64,000 nt of DNA, taken from the NCBI GenBank assembly GCA_963797095.1, contig CAWCNY010000004.1, positions 512,001-576,000 on the forward strand, in the 5' to 3' direction. Each line of letters opens with the position of its first letter. Position 1 is the first letter of the stretch. This document shows, piece by piece, positions 1 to 8,927 of this stretch. The position numbers and the translations under genes were made by a program. The notes beneath the pieces were generated by a model. The model was not told the DNA's origin. It saw nothing but the letters and a program-made list of their open reading frames with translations, and searched no databases. Source of the stretch: an uncultured Chloroflexia bacterium (GTDB lineage Bacteria; Chloroflexota; Chloroflexia; QHBQ01; JADMIH01).

Positions 1-144
1 CTTACCGCCATCCGATGGAACCGCGAGCCTCCCGCCCCCTCCATGCCCAACGACGTAATCCAGAAGACCTCCGACAAATACCTCGAAGCCTACAAACGCA
101 TCGCCAAACGCGACCTGGTAGCCGAACTATACCCACCCTCCTGA
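1..144 (+). CDS. purC: SAICAR synthetase, 3' end only
   Basis: Frame 1 reads LTAIRWNREPPAPSMPNDVIQKTSDKYLEAYKRI...stop, a typical PurC C-terminus; directly upstream of purS. Confidence 0.85.
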   Translation, partial: LTAIRWNREPPAPSMPNDVIQKTSDKYLEAYKRIAKRDLVAELYPPS

Positions 145-226
145 AGCTCCAAGTTCCAAGTTCCAAGTTAGCACCCGCCCCCGGCCCCCGCAACCAGCTA
201 CTCGTCACTCGTCACTCGTCACTCAC
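144..226. repeat. Heptamer tandem repeats (AAGTTCC x3, CTCGTCA x3)
   Basis: Visible in the purC-purS spacer. Confidence 0.85.
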
Positions 227-230
227 AACC

Positions 231-500
231 ATGCAAACCTACCAGGCCAGCATCCACATAACCCTCAAACCGGTCGTAAACGACCCCCCCGGCCTCGCCA
301 TCCGCGACGGCCTCCACAACCTCGGCTACACCACGGTCGAGACCGTCCGCTCAGGCAAATACCTCCAGGTCTACCTCACCGCCGACTCCGAAGACCACGC
401 TGGCGCTCAAATCGACGCCATGTGCAGGCGCCTCCTCGCCAACCCCGTCATCGAAGATTACTCCTTCACCCTCCAAAAGACCGAACCCGCGCATACCTGA
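231..500 (+). CDS. purS: FGAM synthase subunit PurS
   Basis: ATG 231; LKPVVNDPPG...VRSGKY...MCRRLLANPVIEDYSF; 89 aa. Confidence 0.95.
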   Translation: MQTYQASIHITLKPVVNDPPGLAIRDGLHNLGYTTVETVRSGKYLQVYLTADSEDHAGAQIDAMCRRLLANPVIEDYSFTLQKTEPAHT

Positions 501-1480
501 GCGATCTGCTGGCTCCTGATATCGACCAACCCAACATACCCGCTTTGGACGCTTACGTGCTTGCATTCGATATCGGCGGCACAAAGACCTATGCTACCCT
601 GGCAAACCTCAGCGGGGAGCTACTGGCTCATGCCCAGGCGAGCACCGTTCGCTGGCACGGCCAACCTGGTTACGCCCGGTTCCTGATCCGGTTACGCGAT
701 GAGTTGCTACAAAGCACAGGAGTGCAGGCTAGCAAAATAAAAGTCGCAGGTGTGGCGGTGGCAGGCATCATTGATCCAGCGAACAACTGGGTTACCATGT
801 GCCCCAATATCAGCGACGGCGATTTCGACCTCCGTTCGCCTCTTGAGACGGCTCTCGGCGTGCCCGCGCTTGTAGAAAACGATGTGAACCTGGCGGCTAT
901 TGGCGAACACTGGCGCGGCGCGGCACAAAGTTGCTCCAATTTTGCCTTCGTGGCAATAGGTACAGGCATCGGTGCTGGCGTATTCATCAACGGGCAGCTT
1001 TACCGTGGTGCCCACAACGCAGCGGGCGAGGTGGGCCATCTTTACACTCATGGCATCGAGAGCATAGGGCCTGACAAGCTTGGTGTGCTCGAACGTCGCG
1101 CCTCAGGGACAGGCATCGTTGACACGGCCCGCCGCCACATAAGACATGCTGCAACCACCACAACCCTTGATTCCGAAACCGTAACAACAGCGAACGTCTT
1201 CCAGGCCGCCCAGCATGGTGATCAGGTGGCAGGCGCGGTGCTGGAGGAGACACTCGACACCCTCTCTCTCGGACTCGCCAACCTGAGCTTCCTGCTCGAC
1301 CCCGAATTGATTGTGCTTGGCGGCGGCGTCAGCGCCATAGGCGATCCTCTATTACTTCCTCTCAGAGACCGCCTCGCGAGGCTACTGGTAAAGCCTCTAG
1401 CACCCAGGCTAGAGTTTTCGCGATTAGGTGCAAAGGCACAACTTTACGGCGCGCTTCGCCTGGCGCTAGATTTCCTATAA
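497..1480 (+). CDS. ROK family sugar kinase (start uncertain: CTG 497, TTG 545 or GTG 557)
   Basis: FDIGGTK, ENDVNLAAIGE, IGTGIGAG and AGEVGH motifs. Confidence 0.9.
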   Translation: MSDLLAPDIDQPNIPALDAYVLAFDIGGTKTYATLANLSGELLAHAQASTVRWHGQPGYARFLIRLRDELLQSTGVQASKIKVAGVAVAGIIDPANNWVTMCPNISDGDFDLRSPLETALGVPALVENDVNLAAIGEHWRGAAQSCSNFAFVAIGTGIGAGVFINGQLYRGAHNAAGEVGHLYTHGIESIGPDKLGVLERRASGTGIVDTARRHIRHAATTTTLDSETVTTANVFQAAQHGDQVAGAVLEETLDTLSLGLANLSFLLDPELIVLGGGVSAIGDPLLLPLRDRLARLLVKPLAPRLEFSRLGAKAQLYGALRLALDFL

Positions 1481-1535
1481 AACGACCCCACTCGCCACTG
1501 AAGAGAAAGTAGCCGCCTACCCAGACCACACTAAT

Positions 1536-1609
1536 AACCAACAACCAACAGCCAGGAACTTGGAACTTGGAACTTGGAACTATAACCGACTACCGACTAC
1601 CGACTACCA
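1536..1609. repeat. Mosaic heptamer array (ACCAACA, GGAACTT x4, CCGACTA x3)
   Basis: Read directly from the intergenic sequence. Confidence 0.85.
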
Positions 1610-1693
1610 ATCTCTTTCTATGGTAATATAACTTAGGAACCCTCGCCGTCTTCATTCTTCTTCGTCACTACTTATACAAAAGAACTGCGTCCT

Positions 1694-2488
1694 ATGGCCC
1701 ACCCTATCCCTAACGTAGCTCATGTGCTTGCTATTGCCAGCGGCAAAGGCGGTGTTGGCAAAACCACCGTCACCGTCAATCTCGCCCTCGCCCTCAGCGA
1801 GCGCGGCCTGCGCGTCGGCATCTTCGACGCCGATATCTACGGCCCCAACGTCCCCCTGATGCTCGGCGTCCGCCGTACCAAACCCGCCAGGGGTTTCGCC
1901 CCCATAGGACGCGCCGACAACACCCCCTATATCACAGCCCTCGACCGCTACGGCCTCCGCGTCATGTCTATTGGCCTCCTCGTCGGCGAAACCGAAGCCC
2001 TCATGCCCGATCCCATGCAAGTTGGCCTCTTGGTAACCCGCACCCTCCGCGATGTCCTCTGGGGCAACCTCGACTACCTCCTGATCGACCTCCCACCTGG
2101 CACGGGCGAGCCTCAGCACACCATCCTCCGCACCATCCGGGTAGACGCTGCCATCGTCGTCACCACCCCCCAGGACCTCTCCCTCCTCGACGCAGGCCGC
2201 TCCCTCGGCCTTTTCCGCAAGAACAACATACCCATTCTCGGTGTAGTAGAGAACATGAGCTACCTCCAATGCCCACATTGCGACGAGCACATCGAGGTCT
2301 TCCACCGCTCCAACGGCCACTGGGCCATAGTAGACCGTGAGCTTGCCCTCCTGGGCCGCATCCCCATGGATATAGCCATCAGCAAAGGCATCGACGCGGG
2401 CCACCCCCTCCTCGAATCCAACCCCGACGCCCGAGAAGCCACCGTCTTCCGCGAAATCGCCCAACAAATCGCACAGAAGCTAACGTGA
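1694..2488 (+). CDS. mrp: Mrp/NBP35 (ApbC) family Fe-S carrier ATPase
   Basis: SGKGGVGKT, DADIYGP, DLPPGTG, VENMSYLQCPHC. Confidence 0.9.
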   Translation: MAHPIPNVAHVLAIASGKGGVGKTTVTVNLALALSERGLRVGIFDADIYGPNVPLMLGVRRTKPARGFAPIGRADNTPYITALDRYGLRVMSIGLLVGETEALMPDPMQVGLLVTRTLRDVLWGNLDYLLIDLPPGTGEPQHTILRTIRVDAAIVVTTPQDLSLLDAGRSLGLFRKNNIPILGVVENMSYLQCPHCDEHIEVFHRSNGHWAIVDRELALLGRIPMDIAISKGIDAGHPLLESNPDAREATVFREIAQQIAQKLT

Positions 2489-2884
2489 TTCAACAAACCA
2501 ACCTACCCCTCGTCCTGCAACCCAAACTGGCAGGAGCACACATCCAACCCATCACCATCGGCCTCTCCGGCAACCGAACCTTCCGCCCAGGTACTCACCT
2601 TCATCCACTCCAACCGCCCCGCCACCGAACACCTAGCCCTCACCCACGGCGACTACTGCCTGCCCAACATCCTCCTCAACCCCACTACCCTCACTATTAC
2701 CGGCTTCGTTGACCTCTCCCGCGCGGGCATAACCGACCCCTACCAGGACATAGCCCTCGCAACCCTCAGCCTGGCCTACAACTTCGGCCCAGGCCACGAA
2801 CAAACTCTGTGGAAAACCTACGGCCTCGACAAACCCGACCTCAAAAAGCTATCATTCTATCAAGCGCTGGACGAATTTTTCTAA
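2485..2884 (+). pseudogene. Aminoglycoside 3'-phosphotransferase-like gene with internal deletion and frameshift
   Basis: N-terminal ITIGLSGNRTFR in one frame; from about 2582 another frame gives LTHGDYCLPNILL...GFVDLSRAGITDPYQDIALA...LDEFF stop. About 133 codons in total. Confidence 0.8.
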
Positions 2885-2888
2885 TACG

Positions 2889-2974
2889 GGTAGTCGGTAG
2901 CCAGAACCACCAACTGGAACCAGGAACACTCACTACTCACTACTCGCTACTCGCTACTCCGACTACCGACTACC
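2889..2974. repeat. Mosaic heptamer array bounded by a 12-bp inverted repeat
   Basis: GGTAGTCGGTAG (2889-2900) is the reverse complement of CTACCGACTACC (2963-2974); GGAACCA, CTCACTA and CTCGCTA units lie inside. Confidence 0.8.
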
Positions 2975-2986
2975 AAGGAGCAACCA

Positions 2987-3736
2987 ATGAAAGTAGGCGT
3001 AGCCATCTTCCCCGGCTCAAATGGCGATCACGACGCCCTTTACGCGATGGGCGAAGTCCTCGGCCAGCAAGCCGAACCTATCTGGCATACCCGCACCGAT
3101 GTAGATCAATATGACCTCATCATCCTGCCCGGCGGTTTCGCCTACGGTGACTACCTTCGTTGCGGGGCCATCGCCCGTTTCACTCCCGTCATGGACGCCA
3201 TCAAACGCTACGCCGACCGGGGCGGCTGGGTGCTAGGCATCTGCAACGGCTTCCAGGTCCTGGCCGAGGCCCATCTCCTCCCCGGCGCTCTCGTCCGCAA
3301 CGCCAACCTCTCTTTCTCCTGCCGCTGGGTCCACACCCGCCTCGAACCCTCCAACTGCGCCCTCCTCCAGGGCGTCCCCGAAGGCACCGTCTGGCGTCTC
3401 CCCATAGCCCACGGAGAAGGCCGCTACTGCGCCGACCCCGCCACCCTCCAACAACTCGAACAAAACCACCAGATAGTCCTTCGCTACTCCACCCCCTCCG
3501 GCGACGTCACGGAAGAGGCCAATCCCAATGGCTCCTCCCACGACATCGCGGGCATCTGCAACCCCTCCGGCAACGTTCTCGGCCTGATGCCCCACCCCGA
3601 ACGCTCCGCCGAACCCATCCTCGGCACAGGCGACGGCGCTCTCTTCCTCCGGGCCGTCATTTCCGCCTGGCAGGCTCGCTCCCAAACCGCCTCCGATCCC
3701 CTCCGCCCGCAGCTTTCGACAACCCTGGCAGGCTAG
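2987..3736 (+). CDS. purQ: FGAM synthase glutaminase subunit
   Basis: FPGSN, LPGGFAYGDYLR, GICNGFQ, PIAHGEG, GLMPHPER; AAGGAG RBS. Confidence 0.97.
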   Translation: MKVGVAIFPGSNGDHDALYAMGEVLGQQAEPIWHTRTDVDQYDLIILPGGFAYGDYLRCGAIARFTPVMDAIKRYADRGGWVLGICNGFQVLAEAHLLPGALVRNANLSFSCRWVHTRLEPSNCALLQGVPEGTVWRLPIAHGEGRYCADPATLQQLEQNHQIVLRYSTPSGDVTEEANPNGSSHDIAGICNPSGNVLGLMPHPERSAEPILGTGDGALFLRAVISAWQARSQTASDPLRPQLSTTLAG

Positions 3737-3757
3737 TCACTAAGCAGGGAAAAACCA

Positions 3758-5188
3758 ATGAAAGAATTGCTACAGACGGCAGCCCAATACGCAGGCGATT
3801 ATCTCCATGACCTACACGAGCGTAGCGTAACACCCACTCCCCAGGCCCTCCAACGCCTCCCCGACCTCGGCGGCCTCCTCCCCGACTCCCCCACTAGCCC
3901 CGCTCAGGTCCTCTCCCTCCTCCACGAGATCGGCTCCCCCGCCACCGTCGCCACCGCTGGCGGGCGCTATTTCGGCTTTGTCATTGGCGGTTCCCTCCCC
4001 GCCACTGTCGCCGCCAACTTCCTTGCTGCTGCCTGGGACCAGAACGCGGGCCTGGTCGCCCTGTCGCCCCTGGGTGCCGCCATAGAAGAAATCGCAAGCT
4101 CCTGGCTCCTCGACATCCTCGACCTGTCCAGAGAATCGGGCGTAGGCTTCGTCACTGCCGCCACTACCGCCAATTTCACCGCCCTTGCCGCTGCCCGCCA
4201 CGCTGTCTTGCAAAACGTCGGATGGGATGTCGAATCCCAGGGTCTCTTCGGTGCGCCCCTCATAACCGTTGTAGTCGGTGATGAGGTCCACGTCAGCCTC
4301 CTGAAAGCCCTCAGCATGCTCGGCCTGGGCCGCGACCGCGTGCTCAGAGTGCCCGTAGACGACCAGGGCCGCATGCGCGCCGACGCCTTCCCATACATCT
4401 CCGGCCCCGCCATCGTTTGCATCCAGGCTGGCAACGTCAACACAGGTGCCTTCGATCCCGCAGGTGAAATATGCTCGATTGCTCACAGGTCTGGCGCTTG
4501 GGTACACGTAGACGGCGCTTTCGGCCTCTGGGCTGCTGCCTCTCCGCGCCGCGCCCACCTCCTCAACGGTGCCCAGGAAGCCAACTCCTGGGCGCTCGAC
4601 GCTCACAAATGGCTCAATGTCCCCTACGATAGCGGCCTGGCCTTCGTCCGCGACCCCCAGCACCTCCGCGCCGCTATGTCTATTAGCGCCGCCTACCTGC
4701 AACAAAGCGACACCCGTGAGCCGTGCCACTACACCCCTGAGATGTCGCGCCGCGCTCGTGGTATCGAGGTGTGGGCAGCCCTTCGCTCCCTCGGGCGCTC
4801 TGGCATAGCCGACCTCATAGATCGTACCTGTCGCTACGCCTCGCGCTTCGCCGAAGGTCTAAGCGCAGCAGGCTACCAAATACTCAACAAAGTCGAGCTA
4901 AATCAAGTGCTCGTCTCATTCGGCGATCCGGAAACCACCCGCCGCGTAGTAGCCGCCATTCAATCCGACGGCACTTGCTGGTGCGGCGCTACAGTCTGGC
5001 AGGGCCAAACCGCCATGCGTATCAGCGTCTCCTCCTGGGCCACCACCGAACAGGACGTAGAACAAAGCCTATCAGCCATCCTCCAAATAGCAGCCAACCC
5101 AACCACGATCTCAACATCAACCAGCAACCGAAACCAGGAACCAGGAACTAGGAACCAGGAACCAGGAACCAGGAACCAGGAACTATAG
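3758..5188 (+). CDS. Group II PLP-dependent decarboxylase
   Basis: WVHVDGAFG and DAHKWLNVPYDSG (PLP lysine). Confidence 0.9.
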   Translation: MKELLQTAAQYAGDYLHDLHERSVTPTPQALQRLPDLGGLLPDSPTSPAQVLSLLHEIGSPATVATAGGRYFGFVIGGSLPATVAANFLAAAWDQNAGLVALSPLGAAIEEIASSWLLDILDLSRESGVGFVTAATTANFTALAAARHAVLQNVGWDVESQGLFGAPLITVVVGDEVHVSLLKALSMLGLGRDRVLRVPVDDQGRMRADAFPYISGPAIVCIQAGNVNTGAFDPAGEICSIAHRSGAWVHVDGAFGLWAAASPRRAHLLNGAQEANSWALDAHKWLNVPYDSGLAFVRDPQHLRAAMSISAAYLQQSDTREPCHYTPEMSRRARGIEVWAALRSLGRSGIADLIDRTCRYASRFAEGLSAAGYQILNKVELNQVLVSFGDPETTRRVVAAIQSDGTCWCGATVWQGQTAMRISVSSWATTEQDVEQSLSAILQIAANPTTISTSTSNRNQEPGTRNQEPGTRNQEL

Positions 5189-5205
5189 TCCGACTACCGA
5201 CTACC
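5132..5205. repeat. GGAACCA x7 plus CCGACTA array overlapping the decarboxylase 3' end
   Basis: Visible; translated as RNQEPGT repeats. Confidence 0.85.
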
Positions 5206-5211
5206 AAGACC

Positions 5212-6651
5212 ATGTCCCGCAATCCCGCACAGCCCACCACCGACCCCGTAGAGCTGGAGCGCAGGCTCCTTGCCCGCGAGCAAACCGACCCTGCCGACAC
5301 TCCCGAAACCACCTGGCCCGAAGGCCATTGGACCCTCCTTCGCAAGCTGGCTGTTGCCGTCGCCATAGCCCTCATAATCGGCTATCTCCTCCTATGGGCA
5401 CAAAACGTCCAGCAAACAGGCGGCCCCGACGGCTACATCCGGGGCAACGCCGACCGTGGCCCCGTCGACTTCATCTCCACCCTTACCGGTGCCCTCGTCA
5501 TCCGCGAAGGCAACGGCTCCAAACTCTACAATCTGGATCTCCAAACCAATGCCCAGAACCGCATCTACGACGGTTACAGGCCCCCCATCAACAAGAACCA
5601 GATCCTCCCTTACAACCATCTCCCCTTCGAAGCCCTCTTCATCTCCCCCTTCATGGACCTCCCCTACCCCATCGTCTTCGCCATCTGGACCCTCATCTGC
5701 GGCATCGCCATCGGTATGTCCCTCGGCCTCCTCGACGGTGCTCTCCCCGTTCTCCGCCCCATCGGCTGGGTTCTCAGCATGGCAGCCTGCTCCTACCTGC
5801 CCCTGATCCGCGGCCTCATGCTCGGCCAGAACTCCCCCCTCGTCCTCCTCGGTCTCTGCGGCCTCTATGTAACTCTCAAGCGCGGTCAGGGCATCTGGGC
5901 AGGTGCCGCCCTCTCTCTTGTCGCCCTCAAACCCCAGGTCCTTCCCGTCATCCTCCTCCTTCTTATCCTCCAGAGGCATTGGAACACCATCGTCGTCTTC
6001 AGCGGCATCATGCTGGGCCTCACCATCGCCTCCATGCCCGTCCTCGGTGCGACCTGGCCCTTCCAGTATGCGCAACTTCTAATAGGCGTGGCTGGCTGGG
6101 CCAATGTCAGCGCAATTGACCCCGCCATCATGCAGAACTGGCGCGGCTTCCTGACCAATCTCCTCGGCACAGGCCCTCTCTCCGGCCTGGTCTCCCCCCT
6201 CTTCGCTATCCTTTCCCTCGCCACAATCCTCCTGGTGGTCTACGTCTGGTGGCGCACATCGCGCAGGCAAGAGGACCCCAAAACAATCTACGGGCCGGAA
6301 AATACGCCCGTAGACGCAGCATACTCCCCCCAGTTTGACCTGCTATGGGCGCTCGCCGGTATCGCCGCCCTCCTCACGTCCCTCCACCTCAACCCCCACG
6401 ATCTGACACTCCTGGTCTTCCCGGCCTGGATCATCGGTGCCTACGCCTCCTCCGGCCTCTGGAGTCGCGCCTTCTCCCGCCTCTGGCTCGTAATCCTTTG
6501 GGTAGGCTGGGCCCTTGCCCCACTCACCCTCTGGCCCACCCTGATAGTCATCCCGGGCGTGCTCCTGATGACCCTCGCCTGCCTCCTCCTATCCTGGCGC
6601 TTGATCGCCCCCCAACCCACCGAACCCGCCGCCATCCCTGCCCACGCCTGA
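5212..6651 (+). CDS. GT87/DUF2029 membrane glycosyltransferase
   Basis: Multi-TM protein with DF, YNHLPF, LGQNS, LKPQ and HLNPHDL motifs. Confidence 0.8.
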   Translation: MSRNPAQPTTDPVELERRLLAREQTDPADTPETTWPEGHWTLLRKLAVAVAIALIIGYLLLWAQNVQQTGGPDGYIRGNADRGPVDFISTLTGALVIREGNGSKLYNLDLQTNAQNRIYDGYRPPINKNQILPYNHLPFEALFISPFMDLPYPIVFAIWTLICGIAIGMSLGLLDGALPVLRPIGWVLSMAACSYLPLIRGLMLGQNSPLVLLGLCGLYVTLKRGQGIWAGAALSLVALKPQVLPVILLLLILQRHWNTIVVFSGIMLGLTIASMPVLGATWPFQYAQLLIGVAGWANVSAIDPAIMQNWRGFLTNLLGTGPLSGLVSPLFAILSLATILLVVYVWWRTSRRQEDPKTIYGPENTPVDAAYSPQFDLLWALAGIAALLTSLHLNPHDLTLLVFPAWIIGAYASSGLWSRAFSRLWLVILWVGWALAPLTLWPTLIVIPGVLLMTLACLLLSWRLIAPQPTEPAAIPAHA

Positions 6652-6664
6652 CGCCATCCCGCGC

Positions 6665-8911
6665 CTACTCACCCCTCAACGCAATCTTCATCGGCGGCCT
6701 CTCCACCGGCCCAAGCGCCCGCACCTCGAACATCCGCGCCCCGCTTTCCCCATCGTCCGCCGAGGCGCTCCGCTTCCCTTCGATCTCTCGTGTCAGCCGC
6801 TCCGCCACCTCCTTCGCGTAATGCTTCATCTCCGAGTCCTGCAACCTCCGCGACATCACCTCCAGCAAGTCCACCACGCTCCGCAATCCCGGCTGCGGTG
6901 CTTGTGCAGGTCTTCCCTCCCCCAACTCCACCTGTGCGATCGCATTTGACCCAAACTCCCCAACCACAGACAACAACAAGCCGGTTTCTAGCCCATCTTC
7001 CGTAAACACTGGCATCCCCATCATAGCCCCCCTGCGCGCCGCCATATCCCGCCCGAAAGGCGCGATCACCCCCGCCAGTGCAGGGCACAACACCTGGAAT
7101 AGAGTCCTGGGCGGCAGCATCGCCAGTTGCCCCATGTCCAGCGCCTCCAGGTCCGAAGGCCGCAACGCCTGCACCCGCACCTGTGGGTGCACATCCCCAT
7201 CCCCTCGCCTCGGTACCACAAATCCCCCCCAGCTAATATCCACCGGCGAAAACTCCTCCCGCCCCTGCCCCTGATCCTTTGTCCTTCGTCTTTCGTCCTT
7301 CGTCTTTCGTCCTTCGTCATCTCCCCCAAATGCCTTCACCATCTGCAACGTCGGTATCCTCAGCAGAGGCCCCGCCAGTGCCAGCGCCGTGCTGGGGTGG
7401 AACCTCCTTGCGCGCGGGTCCAGCCACACAACCAGGTCCCCCTTCGCGACCGCCAGGCTCTTCCACCAGCTCTCGCCTCGCCCGTGCAGGTTCCCTTGCC
7501 CCGGCAATATCTCCGCCGCTTCGTACACCTCCGCACCCAGGTCCCTGGCGATCTGCCGAGTCCCATCGCTCGACCCTGCATCCACCACCACTATCTGGTC
7601 CGCCAATGGGTGCAACTCCTGCAACACCCGCCGCAGCCCCATGATCACCGAATGTATCCGCCCGGCATCGTTCGAGGTCAACACCACCACGCTCAACGAC
7701 AGCCCGCTCACGCGCTTCGCCCGCAAGAACTCCTCAGGATCGCGGAACTCGTCCCCGTGAAATGTGTGCTCCACGAACCAATGCTCGAACGGCATATCGA
7801 GCCAGCGTTTGCTCCCACCGCGGCCCTTCCCTGCGCTCACACTCTTGTTAGCGCGGAGCCGCTTGCTATAAGCCTTCAGATCGATGCTCACAGGCGTATT
7901 CAACATCAACAGCGGCGGCCCCTTCCGCTCAGACACCTTCAATCCGATGGATGCCTCTCCATCCTCCCCTATCCCCTCCTCGTTAGTCCGCCCCCTCTCT
8001 CTGGCTTCGTGCTGCGCCATCCCCATGATCACAATATCGTCCGCCTGCGCTTCCGAAAGGATCGCCTGTGCCGGGTCATCCCCCCTGGTCAAGATACTCT
8101 CAAACCGCGCCCCTCTCTCCTCGCGTACTCTCCTCAACTGCTCGTTGAATACCAGGTAGGGCTCCTCCCCCAGCGCCTCAACAAGGCTCACCCCCTTTTC
8201 TTCGATAAATCGTTCCAGGTTCGGCACCGTCGGTATTCGAGGTACGTTGTGCAACACCGTCAGCGGCAGATCCATCCTCTCCGCCAGCGTCATACTCAAG
8301 CTCAACCCATACTCAGCCCCTGGCCCCCCTCGCACCGACAGCATGACCCGCCTCGCCCTGTTCCAACCCTCCACCCGCGCGGCCATCACGCCACACGACG
8401 GTTCTGCCAGCACCTCATCCACGATCCGCCCGTAAACATGCTGCTTCGGCCTGCGCGCATACCCCTTCCAGTAAACAAGTACAAGGTCGGCCCCTTCCTC
8501 CACCGCCGCCTGCCGGATCGCCCCCGCCACGTCCCGCGCCACCTTCACAATCCGGTCAACCCGCACCTGTCGCGCCTCATGGCTCCCGTACCCCGGCACC
8601 TCAACCTGTGATGGCAGGAAATCGAGCAGCGCGCGATATGACCGGGCCATGTCCATGCCCATCGTCAAAGGCTGGTCGGGTGGCACCTGCACCACGCTCA
8701 ATACCACAATGTGGGCTTGCCGCGACCCCTTCTCGTCGCTCGCACCTGCGCTTGCATCTTTCCCAATATCGCGCATCAGGTGCGCCGCCAGCCCCAGCAT
8801 ATCCCCGGCCAGCCCCATATTTAGCAATGGGACCAGCACTACCTGCGGCACAGCCGTCAGCGTGCCCGCAGATCCACCAGCCTCCGTTGCCTGGCGAAAA
8901 TCCATATTCAT
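6665..8911 (-). CDS. Tandem USP-like domains fused to a degenerate glucosyl-3-phosphoglycerate synthase-like GT-A domain
   Basis: USP-like VRGGP motif; WFVEHTFHGDEF, DAGSSDGT, GRGESWWKSL, AIAQVEL and VERPPM follow GpgS, but DxD reads DPR. Confidence 0.75.
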   Translation of the reverse strand: MNMDFRQATEAGGSAGTLTAVPQVVLVPLLNMGLAGDMLGLAAHLMRDIGKDASAGASDEKGSRQAHIVVLSVVQVPPDQPLTMGMDMARSYRALLDFLPSQVEVPGYGSHEARQVRVDRIVKVARDVAGAIRQAAVEEGADLVLVYWKGYARRPKQHVYGRIVDEVLAEPSCGVMAARVEGWNRARRVMLSVRGGPGAEYGLSLSMTLAERMDLPLTVLHNVPRIPTVPNLERFIEEKGVSLVEALGEEPYLVFNEQLRRVREERGARFESILTRGDDPAQAILSEAQADDIVIMGMAQHEARERGRTNEEGIGEDGEASIGLKVSERKGPPLLMLNTPVSIDLKAYSKRLRANKSVSAGKGRGGSKRWLDMPFEHWFVEHTFHGDEFRDPEEFLRAKRVSGLSLSVVVLTSNDAGRIHSVIMGLRRVLQELHPLADQIVVVDAGSSDGTRQIARDLGAEVYEAAEILPGQGNLHGRGESWWKSLAVAKGDLVVWLDPRARRFHPSTALALAGPLLRIPTLQMVKAFGGDDEGRKTKDERRRTKDQGQGREEFSPVDISWGGFVVPRRGDGDVHPQVRVQALRPSDLEALDMGQLAMLPPRTLFQVLCPALAGVIAPFGRDMAARRGAMMGMPVFTEDGLETGLLLSVVGEFGSNAIAQVELGEGRPAQAPQPGLRSVVDLLEVMSRRLQDSEMKHYAKEVAERLTREIEGKRSASADDGESGARMFEVRALGPVERPPMKIALRGE

Positions 8912-8927
8912 AATCCACCACCAAACG

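Noticed and set aside
7127-8611. Long antisense and alternative-frame ORFs (e.g. 7127-8611, 3812-4729, 1652-2467, 9463-10257)
   Set aside because: Shadows of well-supported genes in GC-rich DNA, with biased composition and no motifs.
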